The notes under the pieces were generated by a model. That model worked only from the letters and a program-made list of their open reading frames with translations. It ran no database searches and was not told where the DNA came from. A stretch of 44,928 bases of DNA, from contig CALAFS010000242.1 of NCBI GenBank assembly GCA_937892405.1, forward strand, positions 1-44,928, in the 5' to 3' direction. This document shows, in pieces, positions 8,049-17,500 of the stretch. The DNA is from an uncultured Clostridia bacterium. GTDB taxonomy: Bacteria > Bacillota > Clostridia > Oscillospirales > CAG-272. The position numbers were made by a program, and so were the translations under genes. Position 1 is the first letter of the stretch. Each line of letters begins with the position of its first letter.

Positions 8049-10667
8049 CTATTCTTTGTACCGTCCGGCAACGGTATAACGAAAAGCAATATAATACAGG
8101 GCGAAAGGTTTCATGAATTCGTCACTGTAAATGTAATACTGCTTTTCCACCCATTTCTTGTCTTTGTCTCCGACAGAGAACAAACTTCGGTCGTCACCGA
8201 TGAAGGTGAAATCCGATAAGTTCATATCGTCAAAAGAAAAGACCTGTGAATTGATTCGCGATACCTGACGGAAAGGACTGTTGTTTGTCCGAACCTTGAT
8301 TTTTGCCGCAGAGGACAAAAGCGTTTTTGTTTTTACGACCGTGGATTTTTTTACCGTACTCTTTGTCAGATGCGGAATCCCGCAGCAGTCCATCTTTGTT
8401 GCAACACCGCACTCTATGGTTCTGTCGTCAAAGGTGTAGTACCGCGGTGCGATACTCCCGTCACTCCCTCTCTTGTCAAAATTGAAAGAGCACACAACAC
8501 CGTTTTTCGTTCCGAAAAAGAGGTTTTCGTCCATGGTTTTCAACGATGCCGCAGGAAAAAATGTACCGCCGATCGCATTCCCTTGCGTTTCGCAAAAATA
8601 TGCGTGATAGTTGACCTTTCCTTTGTCGTCTGTCAACTCTTGCACGAAAAAGCGCACATTGGGAAAATATCCGGCACCTTCGTTGTCTACAATATCCGTA
8701 TCAACAAGTGCAACGGTTTCTTTTCCCTCGCTGTTCGCCGGATTCGCGCTTTCTCCGACAGCATTCTTTGTTTCCCGTAAGGTGGCGTCATAAAAATGAT
8801 CGGCAATTTCGATGGGAAGCCAAATATGCGAGTCCGTATTTCCGCATGTGCACCGTTTTACTCCCTTATGGCAGGAAGTGCAGTACCCGATCCGTTTTCC
8901 CTCTCCGTGAAGATCGGAAGAAAAATGATATTCCGTATACTGTCCGTCATTTACTCCGATATCCTCAAGATAGTACCACTCGTACTGCATCGTGCCGATA
9001 GCATGCGTATATCTCTGTCGGCTGTCAGCAAGAAAAATCGCTCCGTCCACAAGAAGCACAAGGTACCCGTTCCATTCCTCGAGAACGGCATGCGAAAGAT
9101 TCAGATTCGTCAGTTTCGCATCGATAAGACTTGAACGATGTTCCACCGCACGCTCGTACCGGACAGAAAGCTGTCCGATCGCCTCTACACCGAGACGAGA
9201 GATGAAGATCGGATCGTCAAGAAAGTTCGCGCACGCGCCGAGGCAGCCAATGCCCGGCAGTCCACGCGAGGAAGGATATCGAACCGGCATAAGATCGTCA
9301 CCGGTTGTCTCCGCCGTGTGAAAATAAACCGCACCGTCCTGCTCCGTATCCGACTTGAATACCGCCAGCGTATCCGCAACGGGAATCATCCCGGTGATCG
9401 GAGACATACCGACACCGTCCGACATGTGATCGAGAACACCGAAATAAGTGGGATCGATATTTCCCGTCAGATTCGCGTGGCAGTAAAAAATCTCATTCGG
9501 ATAGTTCGGGTTTCCGGACATGAAAACACGGTTGTCAAAGACCGTCGCTATGGTGCATTTCAGGATGGGGTTTTCGATTTCGCGTGAAACCTCTATCTCT
9601 ATGCCGGCATACTGCTCGGGATATTTTACATCCAACGCGCCGTTCTCGCCTTTGATCTGCACGACATTTTCAGGCTTGCTCGGCGCATGAATGATCCGGA
9701 CATACCCGCTCTTTTTATAGACCTCATAGTCCGTTTCGGCAGCCATAACAACGCCGTAAACTTTCACCGAAACCACAGAATCAAACGGTTCGTTTATGTA
9801 AAACTCCGTCGTCTCTCCGTCCGCAATAAAGGTGTGACGAAACTTCGGCTGCAACATGTTTCTTTGCTCGTATTCCTTGCCCGTGTCCGCGTTTGTACCG
9901 CTCGGGGTGATATTGATATAGGTTGTCGGAATGTAGGCATTGTCACTGCATTTTTTCACCGTCTCGCCATCGTAAAAAAGATAATTCTTGCCGTCGATCA
10001 GGTACAGGCGGTTATTGAACATGAACGATGTACTTTGTCTTTCGTTCATATCCGCATAGAGAATGTCGTTTTCCTCGTCAATATCACCTTCGGTGTAATA
10101 TACGGTCAGAGCATCACCTGCAGCGAGCACACTGCTCGTTATCGTCAGCGTATGCGTTCCCGCCTGATACTCCGCATTTGCAAGCAGGCTTTCGTTATCG
10201 CGCGTCCTTACATCTGTCACACGGGAGACCGTTGCATCCAAAAGAAAAGTATAGGTTTTCAGCTTTGTATTCTGTGTGAAAACCTGTACACCTTCGGGGG
10301 CATTGCAGCTCACCGTGTGCACAACGCCCAAAGATAAGGGGTAGTTTTTCCAAAGATAAAGACGGTTCCCAGCATGAATAAGTATTTTTGCCTCGTCCTC
10401 GCCGCTATTGCGAAAGCGCATCCTATGGATACCGAAGACTTCTGCCTTTTTCGGCAGATTTACCCGTCTGCGGAATCCGGGGATCGTCTCGACTGCGGTT
10501 CCCTGCCCGGTCTGATAATCCTTGAACATGTTGACGAGATAGGCAAACCGTCGCTCGTCAATCTGTGTGTGATCGTTCGAGAAATCCACGCCGCGAAAAT
10601 CCCCGTAATACCGATTGTAGGTATTGTTTTCCGTCAGAAGATTTTTCGCCGTTTTGTAATTGCTCAA
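8049..10667 (-). CDS. Large virion/tail structural protein (872 aa)
   Basis: The assignment rests on size and position after the capsid genes. The protein contains a Cys cluster, CTSCHKGVKRCTCG. I recognised no enzymatic motif. Confidence 0.6.
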   Translation of the reverse strand: MSNYKTAKNLLTENNTYNRYYGDFRGVDFSNDHTQIDERRFAYLVNMFKDYQTGQGTAVETIPGFRRRVNLPKKAEVFGIHRMRFRNSGEDEAKILIHAGNRLYLWKNYPLSLGVVHTVSCNAPEGVQVFTQNTKLKTYTFLLDATVSRVTDVRTRDNESLLANAEYQAGTHTLTITSSVLAAGDALTVYYTEGDIDEENDILYADMNERQSTSFMFNNRLYLIDGKNYLFYDGETVKKCSDNAYIPTTYINITPSGTNADTGKEYEQRNMLQPKFRHTFIADGETTEFYINEPFDSVVSVKVYGVVMAAETDYEVYKKSGYVRIIHAPSKPENVVQIKGENGALDVKYPEQYAGIEIEVSREIENPILKCTIATVFDNRVFMSGNPNYPNEIFYCHANLTGNIDPTYFGVLDHMSDGVGMSPITGMIPVADTLAVFKSDTEQDGAVYFHTAETTGDDLMPVRYPSSRGLPGIGCLGACANFLDDPIFISRLGVEAIGQLSVRYERAVEHRSSLIDAKLTNLNLSHAVLEEWNGYLVLLVDGAIFLADSRQRYTHAIGTMQYEWYYLEDIGVNDGQYTEYHFSSDLHGEGKRIGYCTSCHKGVKRCTCGNTDSHIWLPIEIADHFYDATLRETKNAVGESANPANSEGKETVALVDTDIVDNEGAGYFPNVRFFVQELTDDKGKVNYHAYFCETQGNAIGGTFFPAASLKTMDENLFFGTKNGVVCSFNFDKRGSDGSIAPRYYTFDDRTIECGVATKMDCCGIPHLTKSTVKKSTVVKTKTLLSSAAKIKVRTNNSPFRQVSRINSQVFSFDDMNLSDFTFIGDDRSLFSVGDKDKKWVEKQYYIYSDEFMKPFALYYIAFRYTVAGRYKE

Positions 10668-10671
10668 AAAA

Positions 10672-11586
10672 TCACCACCCGTTCGTATCCAAATAGACCG
10701 CGGGCTTTACGGTGCGTTTTGCCGCGGTAAGTTCTGCCGCCCGTTCACGGTACAACTCCATATAATACTGCGCACGGCTCGGCTCATCTTCAAACCAAAG
10801 GTAGGAAGCGACAAGAAGCGGAAGAAGCGAGCAGATCTCCTCGTCGGCATCGAGTGTTTCCGTACTGTTGATCGGCTTATCGTTTGTGCTCACGCGCTTC
10901 GGCTTTGCACGATAGCAAACGCAATACATTCCACCTGCCTCATAAGGAAGAAGCAGAGTTGTTTCACCAACAATATCATACATCGCTGCCGTAATGTTTT
11001 TCCCGCCTTCGGAATACAGAGGAAATCGCTCAAAGGCAAGAAAATCCGCGCACAACACCGAAAAATCGTACGGAACATATCTCCGATACGCGGGAATATC
11101 CTTTTCCTCCCCGCTGTACAGAACGGAATACATCGCGACACTCTTCACGGAATACAGATAATCTCCCGAGAAACGAAGCCGTACCCGCTTCTCCGTCGGC
11201 TTCCCGTCCACAAGAACAAATCCGCGATAAGAACGGAATTCACCGCCGGAGGAAAGCATCACTTCTGCGGCAATCTCCCATTCCCCGTCAAGGGACTCGT
11301 ACTCAAGGTAAGCGTATCCGTTGCCGTCCGCCTCGAAATAATAAGAGCGGGCGGGAGCGGACGCATAATAGATAAGTTCCGAAATCTTGCAAACCGGAGC
11401 AAACGATGCTTCGGTGACAAGATTCTCCGGCGGATTGTGATAAAGCGGATATTTTATGATCTTCGGGCGCAGGAGAGACGCCTGAAGCAGTGCGCGATTC
11501 AAAGCGTCGTAGAAGCGCTCATCGCTTTCCAGCGTATCCTCGAAGCATAAACCTCTGGTATGTGTGTATACTTCGGAAACCGTCAT
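10672..11586 (-). CDS. Virion structural protein (head-tail connector/adaptor position)
   Basis: The protein is 304 aa from ATG 11586, which lies 2 nt after the capsid-gene stop codon. The ORF-track extension to 11679 overlaps the capsid gene. Confidence 0.5.
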   Translation of the reverse strand: MTVSEVYTHTRGLCFEDTLESDERFYDALNRALLQASLLRPKIIKYPLYHNPPENLVTEASFAPVCKISELIYYASAPARSYYFEADGNGYAYLEYESLDGEWEIAAEVMLSSGGEFRSYRGFVLVDGKPTEKRVRLRFSGDYLYSVKSVAMYSVLYSGEEKDIPAYRRYVPYDFSVLCADFLAFERFPLYSEGGKNITAAMYDIVGETTLLLPYEAGGMYCVCYRAKPKRVSTNDKPINSTETLDADEEICSLLPLLVASYLWFEDEPSRAQYYMELYRERAAELTAAKRTVKPAVYLDTNGW

Positions 11587-11588
11587 AA

Positions 11589-12629
11589 TCAGATAGAGGT
11601 TGCACCCGTCACGGCGCTGGAACTGTTTACGGCAAGCAGAATATGCTTCCAGCTGTTGAATCCGACACCGAAACGGCAATAACCGTTCCAGACGAAATTG
11701 CGCGTCGCATCGTCAATGTGGTTGCGGATATCCAGCTTCACGCGGTTGTAGAACATGTTGCCGAGGAGGTTGCGGTTTGCCGCGGAAGACATCATCATGA
11801 AACGGTCGTCGGTCGTCTCCCAACCGGGCAGAACAACAAGCGTATAGGCGCCGTACTGAATGTTGATGTCGTTGTAATCGGTGCCGGCAACGCGCTCGGA
11901 ACCGATCACCTTCTTCATCTTCAGCTCGAATTCGGGACGGTTGCACGGAAGAATGACCGTATCTGCGACATACTCCATCGTCTCGCCGCTTTCGTCCTTG
12001 AAATTGCGGAGCTTGTTCGACAGAACGACGAGTCCCTTCTCAAGCTTGCTCTCCGACGCGGTGATGTCTCCGTAGAAGAAGTTCGACTGCGTTTCTCCCG
12101 CAAACTTTTCGAGACTGTACGGGTGTTCGGAACAGAACAGGGGCTTCTTGTCACCGCAGGTCAGGTCAACCCGCTCGGAATTGATGCGCATTTCCGACGC
12201 CGTGCCGTGAATCAGTGCCTGTGCGCCGACCTTTGTGCGGGTCTTGTAATACGCACGGGTGAACGCTCGCGGGAGTGCTTTGATGTTCGCACCGATGCCG
12301 AACTGCGCGTCATCCGCCATTTCACGCGTAATAGTGAATTCCTTGCCGAAGGCAATGTGCTCGATCGTCTTGTGATAGGTTTTCTCGATGCTGTCGTTAT
12401 CCGCCTTTGCACCCTCGACCTTCGCATGGAAAGTCTCGAATTCCGACTGTGCCATGACAGTCTCGGAAGCGCGATTCGACTTCTCGACATTGTAAAGAAC
12501 ATCGAGAATATTTTTCTGCTTTTCGCAAACATCGGATTCATGCTCAATGAGAGCCTTGATGGCGTGCTCGAACTTCCCGTACATCGGGTCGTTCTTGCCA
12601 CTCATTTTTGAATAGATGAATGTGCTCAT
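11589..12629 (-). CDS. Major capsid protein
   Basis: The 346-aa ORF has an AAGGAG RBS. It follows the scaffold and the small decoration-like gene, and its size and composition are typical of HK97-fold capsid proteins. Confidence 0.7.
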   Translation of the reverse strand: MSTFIYSKMSGKNDPMYGKFEHAIKALIEHESDVCEKQKNILDVLYNVEKSNRASETVMAQSEFETFHAKVEGAKADNDSIEKTYHKTIEHIAFGKEFTITREMADDAQFGIGANIKALPRAFTRAYYKTRTKVGAQALIHGTASEMRINSERVDLTCGDKKPLFCSEHPYSLEKFAGETQSNFFYGDITASESKLEKGLVVLSNKLRNFKDESGETMEYVADTVILPCNRPEFELKMKKVIGSERVAGTDYNDINIQYGAYTLVVLPGWETTDDRFMMMSSAANRNLLGNMFYNRVKLDIRNHIDDATRNFVWNGYCRFGVGFNSWKHILLAVNSSSAVTGATSI

Positions 12630-12652
12630 GTTTCTTTTCTCCTTCTTTTCTT

Positions 12653-13075
12653 TCAGATTCTGACGAGGATCTTATCCCCTGCGGCAGCCGCATCGCAGAG
12701 ATCGACGATCGTCACAACGCCGATTTTTTCGGTGTTATTCGATCCGCCGAGGGTGGTCGCGGTAACTTTCAGACCGTCAGTATGCAGGGTTACTTTTGCG
12801 CCGACAACGAGTCCTGTCGGGGCAGCCGAAAGCTCGACCGCAAAGATCTGATTCGGTTCCACGCGAAAAACGGGACATCTACGGTCGGTATCTGCCGCGG
12901 CGACGGATTTCATGGCAATGTACTCGGGTGCGGTGGTCGCACCGCACTTCGTAAGCTTTCCCGCGGAAAGCACAAGGGCTTCTCCGATAGCAATCGCTTC
13001 GGATGCGGTCGCTTCATATACGATGGGTTCGGGAACATTCATGCGAGCGTTCTCGATTCTTACAAGATGAAACAT
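12653..13075 (-). CDS. Putative head decoration / DUF2190-like protein
   Basis: The 140-aa Ala/Gly/Val-rich ORF lies between the scaffold and capsid genes. An AAGGAG RBS sits 7 nt upstream of its ATG. Confidence 0.5.
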   Translation of the reverse strand: MFHLVRIENARMNVPEPIVYEATASEAIAIGEALVLSAGKLTKCGATTAPEYIAMKSVAAADTDRRCPVFRVEPNQIFAVELSAAPTGLVVGAKVTLHTDGLKVTATTLGGSNNTEKIGVVTIVDLCDAAAAGDKILVRI

Positions 13076-13080
13076 CTTCT

Positions 13081-13932
13081 TTACTCCTTTGTTTTTTTGT
13101 AGAGCTTTGCAAGCTCTCTGTCAGAGCAGTCAGGAAACAGATCGCGCCATTCTTCAAGTTCCTTCTTCGGAATGGTGACGGATGTATCCTTCGTGCCCTT
13201 GGGTACGGTGGAATGAATGTGATTTTTGGTTTCCGCAAGGTTCTGCTTCCGCACGGACTCGGCAACATTTCTTCTGACGGCATCGGGGTGCGAGGCAATA
13301 TATGCCTCTTTCGCGGAAAGTCCGAGGTCACGAAGCTCTGCGAAGCGCTTTGCGTGCGGGAACTCCGCAACGGAATTGTAAGATGCGGCATCGGGGTAAT
13401 TTCTTTTTACCTCCGCAAGATCAAGCTGCATCAGCGTTTCGTACTGAAGGGCGTCCGCTTCGCTCTTTGCTCTCTCGCTTTCGACAGCTGCCTCTACGGT
13501 CTTTCTGTACTCGTCGGGCGGAACATCTTCCATATCCGCACCGGCTTCGATAAGTCCGAGATACAGATCGTCAGTATCTTTGACGCCCAGCTTTTCGAGC
13601 ACCTTCTTGCCCGCATGCCGCAATCTCCTCTTTTCGTCCTCAAGCTCACGGATTCTTTGATCCCTGTCGTCGGAGGATTTTTCCTCCGATGCTTCAGACT
13701 GCTTGCTTTTTTCGGGAGGAGTTTCGGGTGCGGGATTTTCCTTTCCGGATTCTTCTTCGTCCGGCTGCGTCGGCGCAGGTTCGCCGCTTTCGTTTTCTTC
13801 TTCGTCGGCTTCCTCTTCGGTTCCGTCGGATTCTTCCGACGAGAACAAAGCGTCGATGTCCTCTTCTGTGGATTCTTCGGTCGGATTTTCCTCGCCTTCG
13901 AGGTCAATCTCAATCATTTCGTCTGTGCTCAT
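13081..13932 (-). CDS. Capsid scaffolding protein
   Basis: The N-terminal half is highly acidic (EE/DE runs) and the C-terminal half is helical. The gene lies immediately upstream of the capsid genes. ATG 13932 has an AAGGAG RBS, whereas the ORF-track start at 13953 has none. Confidence 0.65.
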   Translation of the reverse strand: MSTDEMIEIDLEGEENPTEESTEEDIDALFSSEESDGTEEEADEEENESGEPAPTQPDEEESGKENPAPETPPEKSKQSEASEEKSSDDRDQRIRELEDEKRRLRHAGKKVLEKLGVKDTDDLYLGLIEAGADMEDVPPDEYRKTVEAAVESERAKSEADALQYETLMQLDLAEVKRNYPDAASYNSVAEFPHAKRFAELRDLGLSAKEAYIASHPDAVRRNVAESVRKQNLAETKNHIHSTVPKGTKDTSVTIPKKELEEWRDLFPDCSDRELAKLYKKTKE

Positions 13933-13961
13933 TGTTTTCTCCTTTGCCGTCATGCGGCTTT

Positions 13962-14111
13962 TTATTTCTGATTCTTTCCGTTACGCAGATCCGTGCCTTT
14001 GGTAACAGTCGAGTTCGGCTGATCCTTCGCCGCGTTCGGTGCATGAATAACACCGCCCTTCAGCGTTGCATACGGATTCTTGTTGCGATCATGATCGTGC
14101 TGATTTTTCAT
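13962..14111 (-). CDS. Small basic hypothetical protein (49 aa)
   Basis: This ORF is below the ORF-track size cutoff. An AAGGAG RBS precedes ATG 14111. The sequence is MKNQHDHDRNKNPYATLKGGVIHAPNAAKDQPNSTVTKGTDLRNGKNQK. Confidence 0.4.
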   Translation of the reverse strand: MKNQHDHDRNKNPYATLKGGVIHAPNAAKDQPNSTVTKGTDLRNGKNQK

Positions 14112-14137
14112 GCTGCATTCTCCTTTCTGTTGTAAAG

Positions 14138-14202
14138 AAAAAGAGCCAAAGATCCCTCATTTCAGGACTTTAGCTCTGTCTCAACGGACTCCGGCTCTTT
14201 TT
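14138..14202 (-). terminator. Terminator-like structured element (H2) between the Zn-ribbon gene and the capsid operon
   Basis: On the minus strand, AAAAAGAGCC and GGCTCTTTTT enclose about 45 nt, followed by a U-rich tail TTTTTCTTT. The outer stem matches that of the element at 29140-29200. Confidence 0.45.
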
Positions 14203-14203
14203 C

Positions 14204-14398
14204 TTACATCTCGTTTTCGGTTTTTACGGAATTTGCGCTCACTTTCCAATACTGCCTGCATCTTGCGCAGCGGAAGGTCAGCCCTTCGATGTGACTGTCT
14301 TTCAAAAGACCGACCATCGGCACCCGTTCTTTGCAGTCGGGGCACTGGATTTTTGTGACTTTTGCGACTTCTGTTTTTTCGACCCGGTACATATTCAT
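14204..14398 (-). CDS. Zn-ribbon protein, Com-like (Mu Com-type zinc finger) candidate
   Basis: The CPDC...CARC pattern sits in the context IQCPDCKERVPMVGLLKDSHIEGLTFRCARCRQ. The GGGAGGA RBS directly abuts the first ATG, so ATG 14392 is the more likely start. Confidence 0.5.
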   Translation of the reverse strand: MNMYRVEKTEVAKVTKIQCPDCKERVPMVGLLKDSHIEGLTFRCARCRQYWKVSANSVKTENEM

Positions 14399-14412
14399 TC
14401 CTCCCGAGAAAA

Positions 14413-14452
14413 ATTATAACACAGATTTACATCGATTCTGTCCCACTCTTTC
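14413..14452 (-). promoter_or_regulatory. Late promoter-like element, copy A (extended -10 TGTTATAAT plus conserved upstream 16-mer)
   Basis: The minus strand reads GAAAGAGTGGGACAGAATCGATGTAAATCTGTGTTATAAT. It matches 29206-29245 at 32 of 40 positions, including an identical 16-mer GAAAGAGTGGGACAGA. Confidence 0.45.
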
Positions 14453-14460
14453 CCGTTTTT

Positions 14461-14494
14461 TCCCGAAATTCGCAATCGATTGTGAATTTCGGGA
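14461..14494. repeat. 34-nt near-perfect palindrome containing a 24-nt exact repeat
   Basis: The sequence is TCCCGAAATTCGCAATCGATTGTGAATTTCGGGA. Its inner 24 nt (14466-14489) are identical to 34733-34756. Confidence 0.85.
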
Positions 14495-14520
14495 GAACAT
14501 ATGATCGGAGGTGGATTCCG

Positions 14521-17500
14521 TCAGGAAGCGGACACAAGGACTTTCCCGCCTTTGACCGTAAATCCGCAGGCTTCGGCAGCAATTACGCGCTCTTCTGCCG
14601 AAAGCTCTGTCGAAGACTGTATGTAGCGAAGCAGTTTTTTCTTTGCCGCGGTTTCACTCATACCGCGAAGCTCACCGTCCTTCACACTGTAACCGTTCAG
14701 GTAAAGAAGAAACAGTGCCTCACCGACAGGGAGTCCGAGTGATGCAATGTAGCGCAACACCTTCTTTTTCTTCGTGCCGCTGACGACGGTTCCATTTTTA
14801 TTCTTGTCCGCCTCGAAGGAGGATATTTTGGCATTCACGAGCGCCAAAGTTCCGACATCTGTCATCTTCGCCGCTACCGTCCGAATATCCTTTTCCGTGT
14901 CAAGCACCGTCTCCGTTGCCTGTTGATAATAGGTGTCATAGACATAGCGGATCGCCTTTGTCTGCTCCGCAGCGTTAAGTGTGAGAAACGCCGGTTTGGT
15001 GACAAGCCGCTCAAGCACATCGGCAGACTGTCCGTATATCTTACGGAACAGCGCTTTGTTTTCACCGCTCAATTCATACTCGTCTCCGTCATACGATATC
15101 TTATTCCCGATGCTCTTCGGAAGCGGATTCTGCCCCGCTTTTAAGAGAGATTTCATCGTTTTTGATGTGCTGTTTCCGGGATTCTCCTCACCGTCTTCCG
15201 TCGTTTCGCGATTCCATGTTTTCAAAAGCGTGCCCGTCGTATTCTTCAATTCTGTGCCGGCATCCACACCGACGCTGTCACGGCTTATCATCGAAAGAAG
15301 AAGATCCGTCATATCATCGTCTTCGTTTTCGATCGCTTTGACAAGATCCTTGCGATAGTTCTGCTGATAGAACAGATCATCAAGCACATAACCGGCACGC
15401 GCGCTCACTTTTGATGTGACACCGTAAACGAGTTTGTATGCGTTCTTCAACGGGACACCGAGCATCTGCGACGCCGCATACAGGAAGTCACGGGTCGCCT
15501 TTGCCGCCTCCTGCTTTTCCGCCGTGCCGTCAATGATTTTCGGCATCACGACCGCCGCGGCTTTGGTGGCATTCATGGCATTATTTATCATATCATAGGT
15601 CGGCGCCGACATCTCGTAGCCGTCCATCATGAAAGACATGACATCCTTGATAAGCGGAAGTCCGCCGAACAGATTGCCGATCGTGCCGAGGATCAGGTTG
15701 GAAGCCAAATTTTCATCTTCATCTTTCTGCCCGAAGAACCACCGGAAGAACTCGGCAATAAGCGCCATATACACTGCACTGGAAGCGAGTGCAAAAGTTG
15801 CCTTTTTGAAAGATTTGCTCGCCTTTTTGATGCCCGCCTGCAATTCTGCACGCACCCGCGGATCGCTTTCTGCCTTGAGTTTTGCGGTCAAAACACGCCA
15901 TTCGCCCCAAGAATCCAAGATACGGTCAAACACCTTCATAGAGTCTGCGGAGAAAAGCGTCGTCAGACGGAGGAAGTCGTTTCCCGAGCGCATTGCCTCC
16001 GAGCGTTCGGTAGCGTACGCATTTTGCTGTGTCTCGAGAATGACGCGTTCGAGAAGTTTTCCTGCCGCCTGCTTGTTTTCCACCGTTCCGATCTTTGCTC
16101 CGCCCTCTTTTTGAATCTGCACCTGACATGCACCGAAGAGCTTCTTCACCACGAAACGGTCAACCTTTCCGATCGGCTCCATCAACACCTCGCCGATGCT
16201 TCCGATCTTGTCGGTGACTGCCTGTGCGCGATATGCAGTCTTGTCATAGTTTCTGACCTGCGCGAGCTTGCAATATACATCTACATCTTTACTGCTGATC
16301 GTAGCGCCGCGGATCAAGGAGGTAACATCAAGAATACTTGTCGAAGCAAGCAACGAAGAAAGCTGTGACGCAAGCACTTTAGGATTCAGTGCGAGAACGG
16401 CTGTTGCGTATTTTCCGATCAGTTTCTGCACGATCGGAAGTTTCCCGTCTCTCCCGATACCTTTGCAATCCTGCTTGAGCTTTGTGAGATACTTTTCTCC
16501 CCCGCGCCACGATTTCTCCGCGGTGGTACGCATTGATGTCGGGTTGTTCGGGTTCCCGCTGATGTCATAGTTCCAGATCATATCTATCGTATCAAGCACC
16601 GATCCGAACGCGGCATAGCGCGAGATACCTTCGATATGCCGCGACAGCACCTCATCAATAGGAGAAATCACAAGTTTCGCCTTCGCGCCTTTTACAGTGC
16701 TCTTATTGAAAGACTGTCGGTTGACGCTGACTCCCTCTCCGAAGAAATCACTGTCAAAGCTCTTTGCCGCACCGATACGCACGACGGGAACATAGTAGCC
16801 CTCGGTAACATTGCTGTACCCGTTGCGCAGCATATCCGTCGCACGCTTCAGTTCACGGCAGTCCTTGTAAATCTCCTCCGCGATAGATATGAATTCGAGA
16901 TCCGACGCCGAAAACTGTGATTTCAATTCCGCAATACACTTCTTCGTCAGAGTCTCCGCCTGCTCTGCCGTAAGGTTCGACTCCGCGATAGGTCTGACCG
17001 TAAGAGTCTCCGCGTCCCGGCGAATCTCAAAGCCCGAAAGCAAAAGTCCCGCTGTCGCAATATCGCGGTGGAAAGTCATGTAAAGCTGTGCGGCTTCGCG
17101 TTTGGTTAAGGTTTCGTTATTGTAAATAACGGTTTCTTTCTGCGCCCGCTTCAGCCACTTCCTGTTTTCTTTTTTCTTGTAGAAATCCTCTAGTCTTTGC
17201 CGAAGGTCATGCTCGATAAAGGATCGCTTTTCTTCCGCTTCCCGGAACGCCATTATGCTCGTGGTAAAAAATCCGTTCTGGTCGTACCCGTCAGCGAATT
17301 TTGCGACAGTCATCGGTTCGGAAAAGTTTTCACGATAGCTCGACAAAAGCTTTGACCGCATGGCACGATAAGAAATGCCGTAATTCGCGGTTTTTGCCTT
17401 TTCCGCAATGTGAATCATACTCTCGGCAAGAGGTGCAACATCCTGCCATTTGCCGTCGCGGAAGACACGGTTGAAATTCTCGACGAAGTGTTTGAAATAA

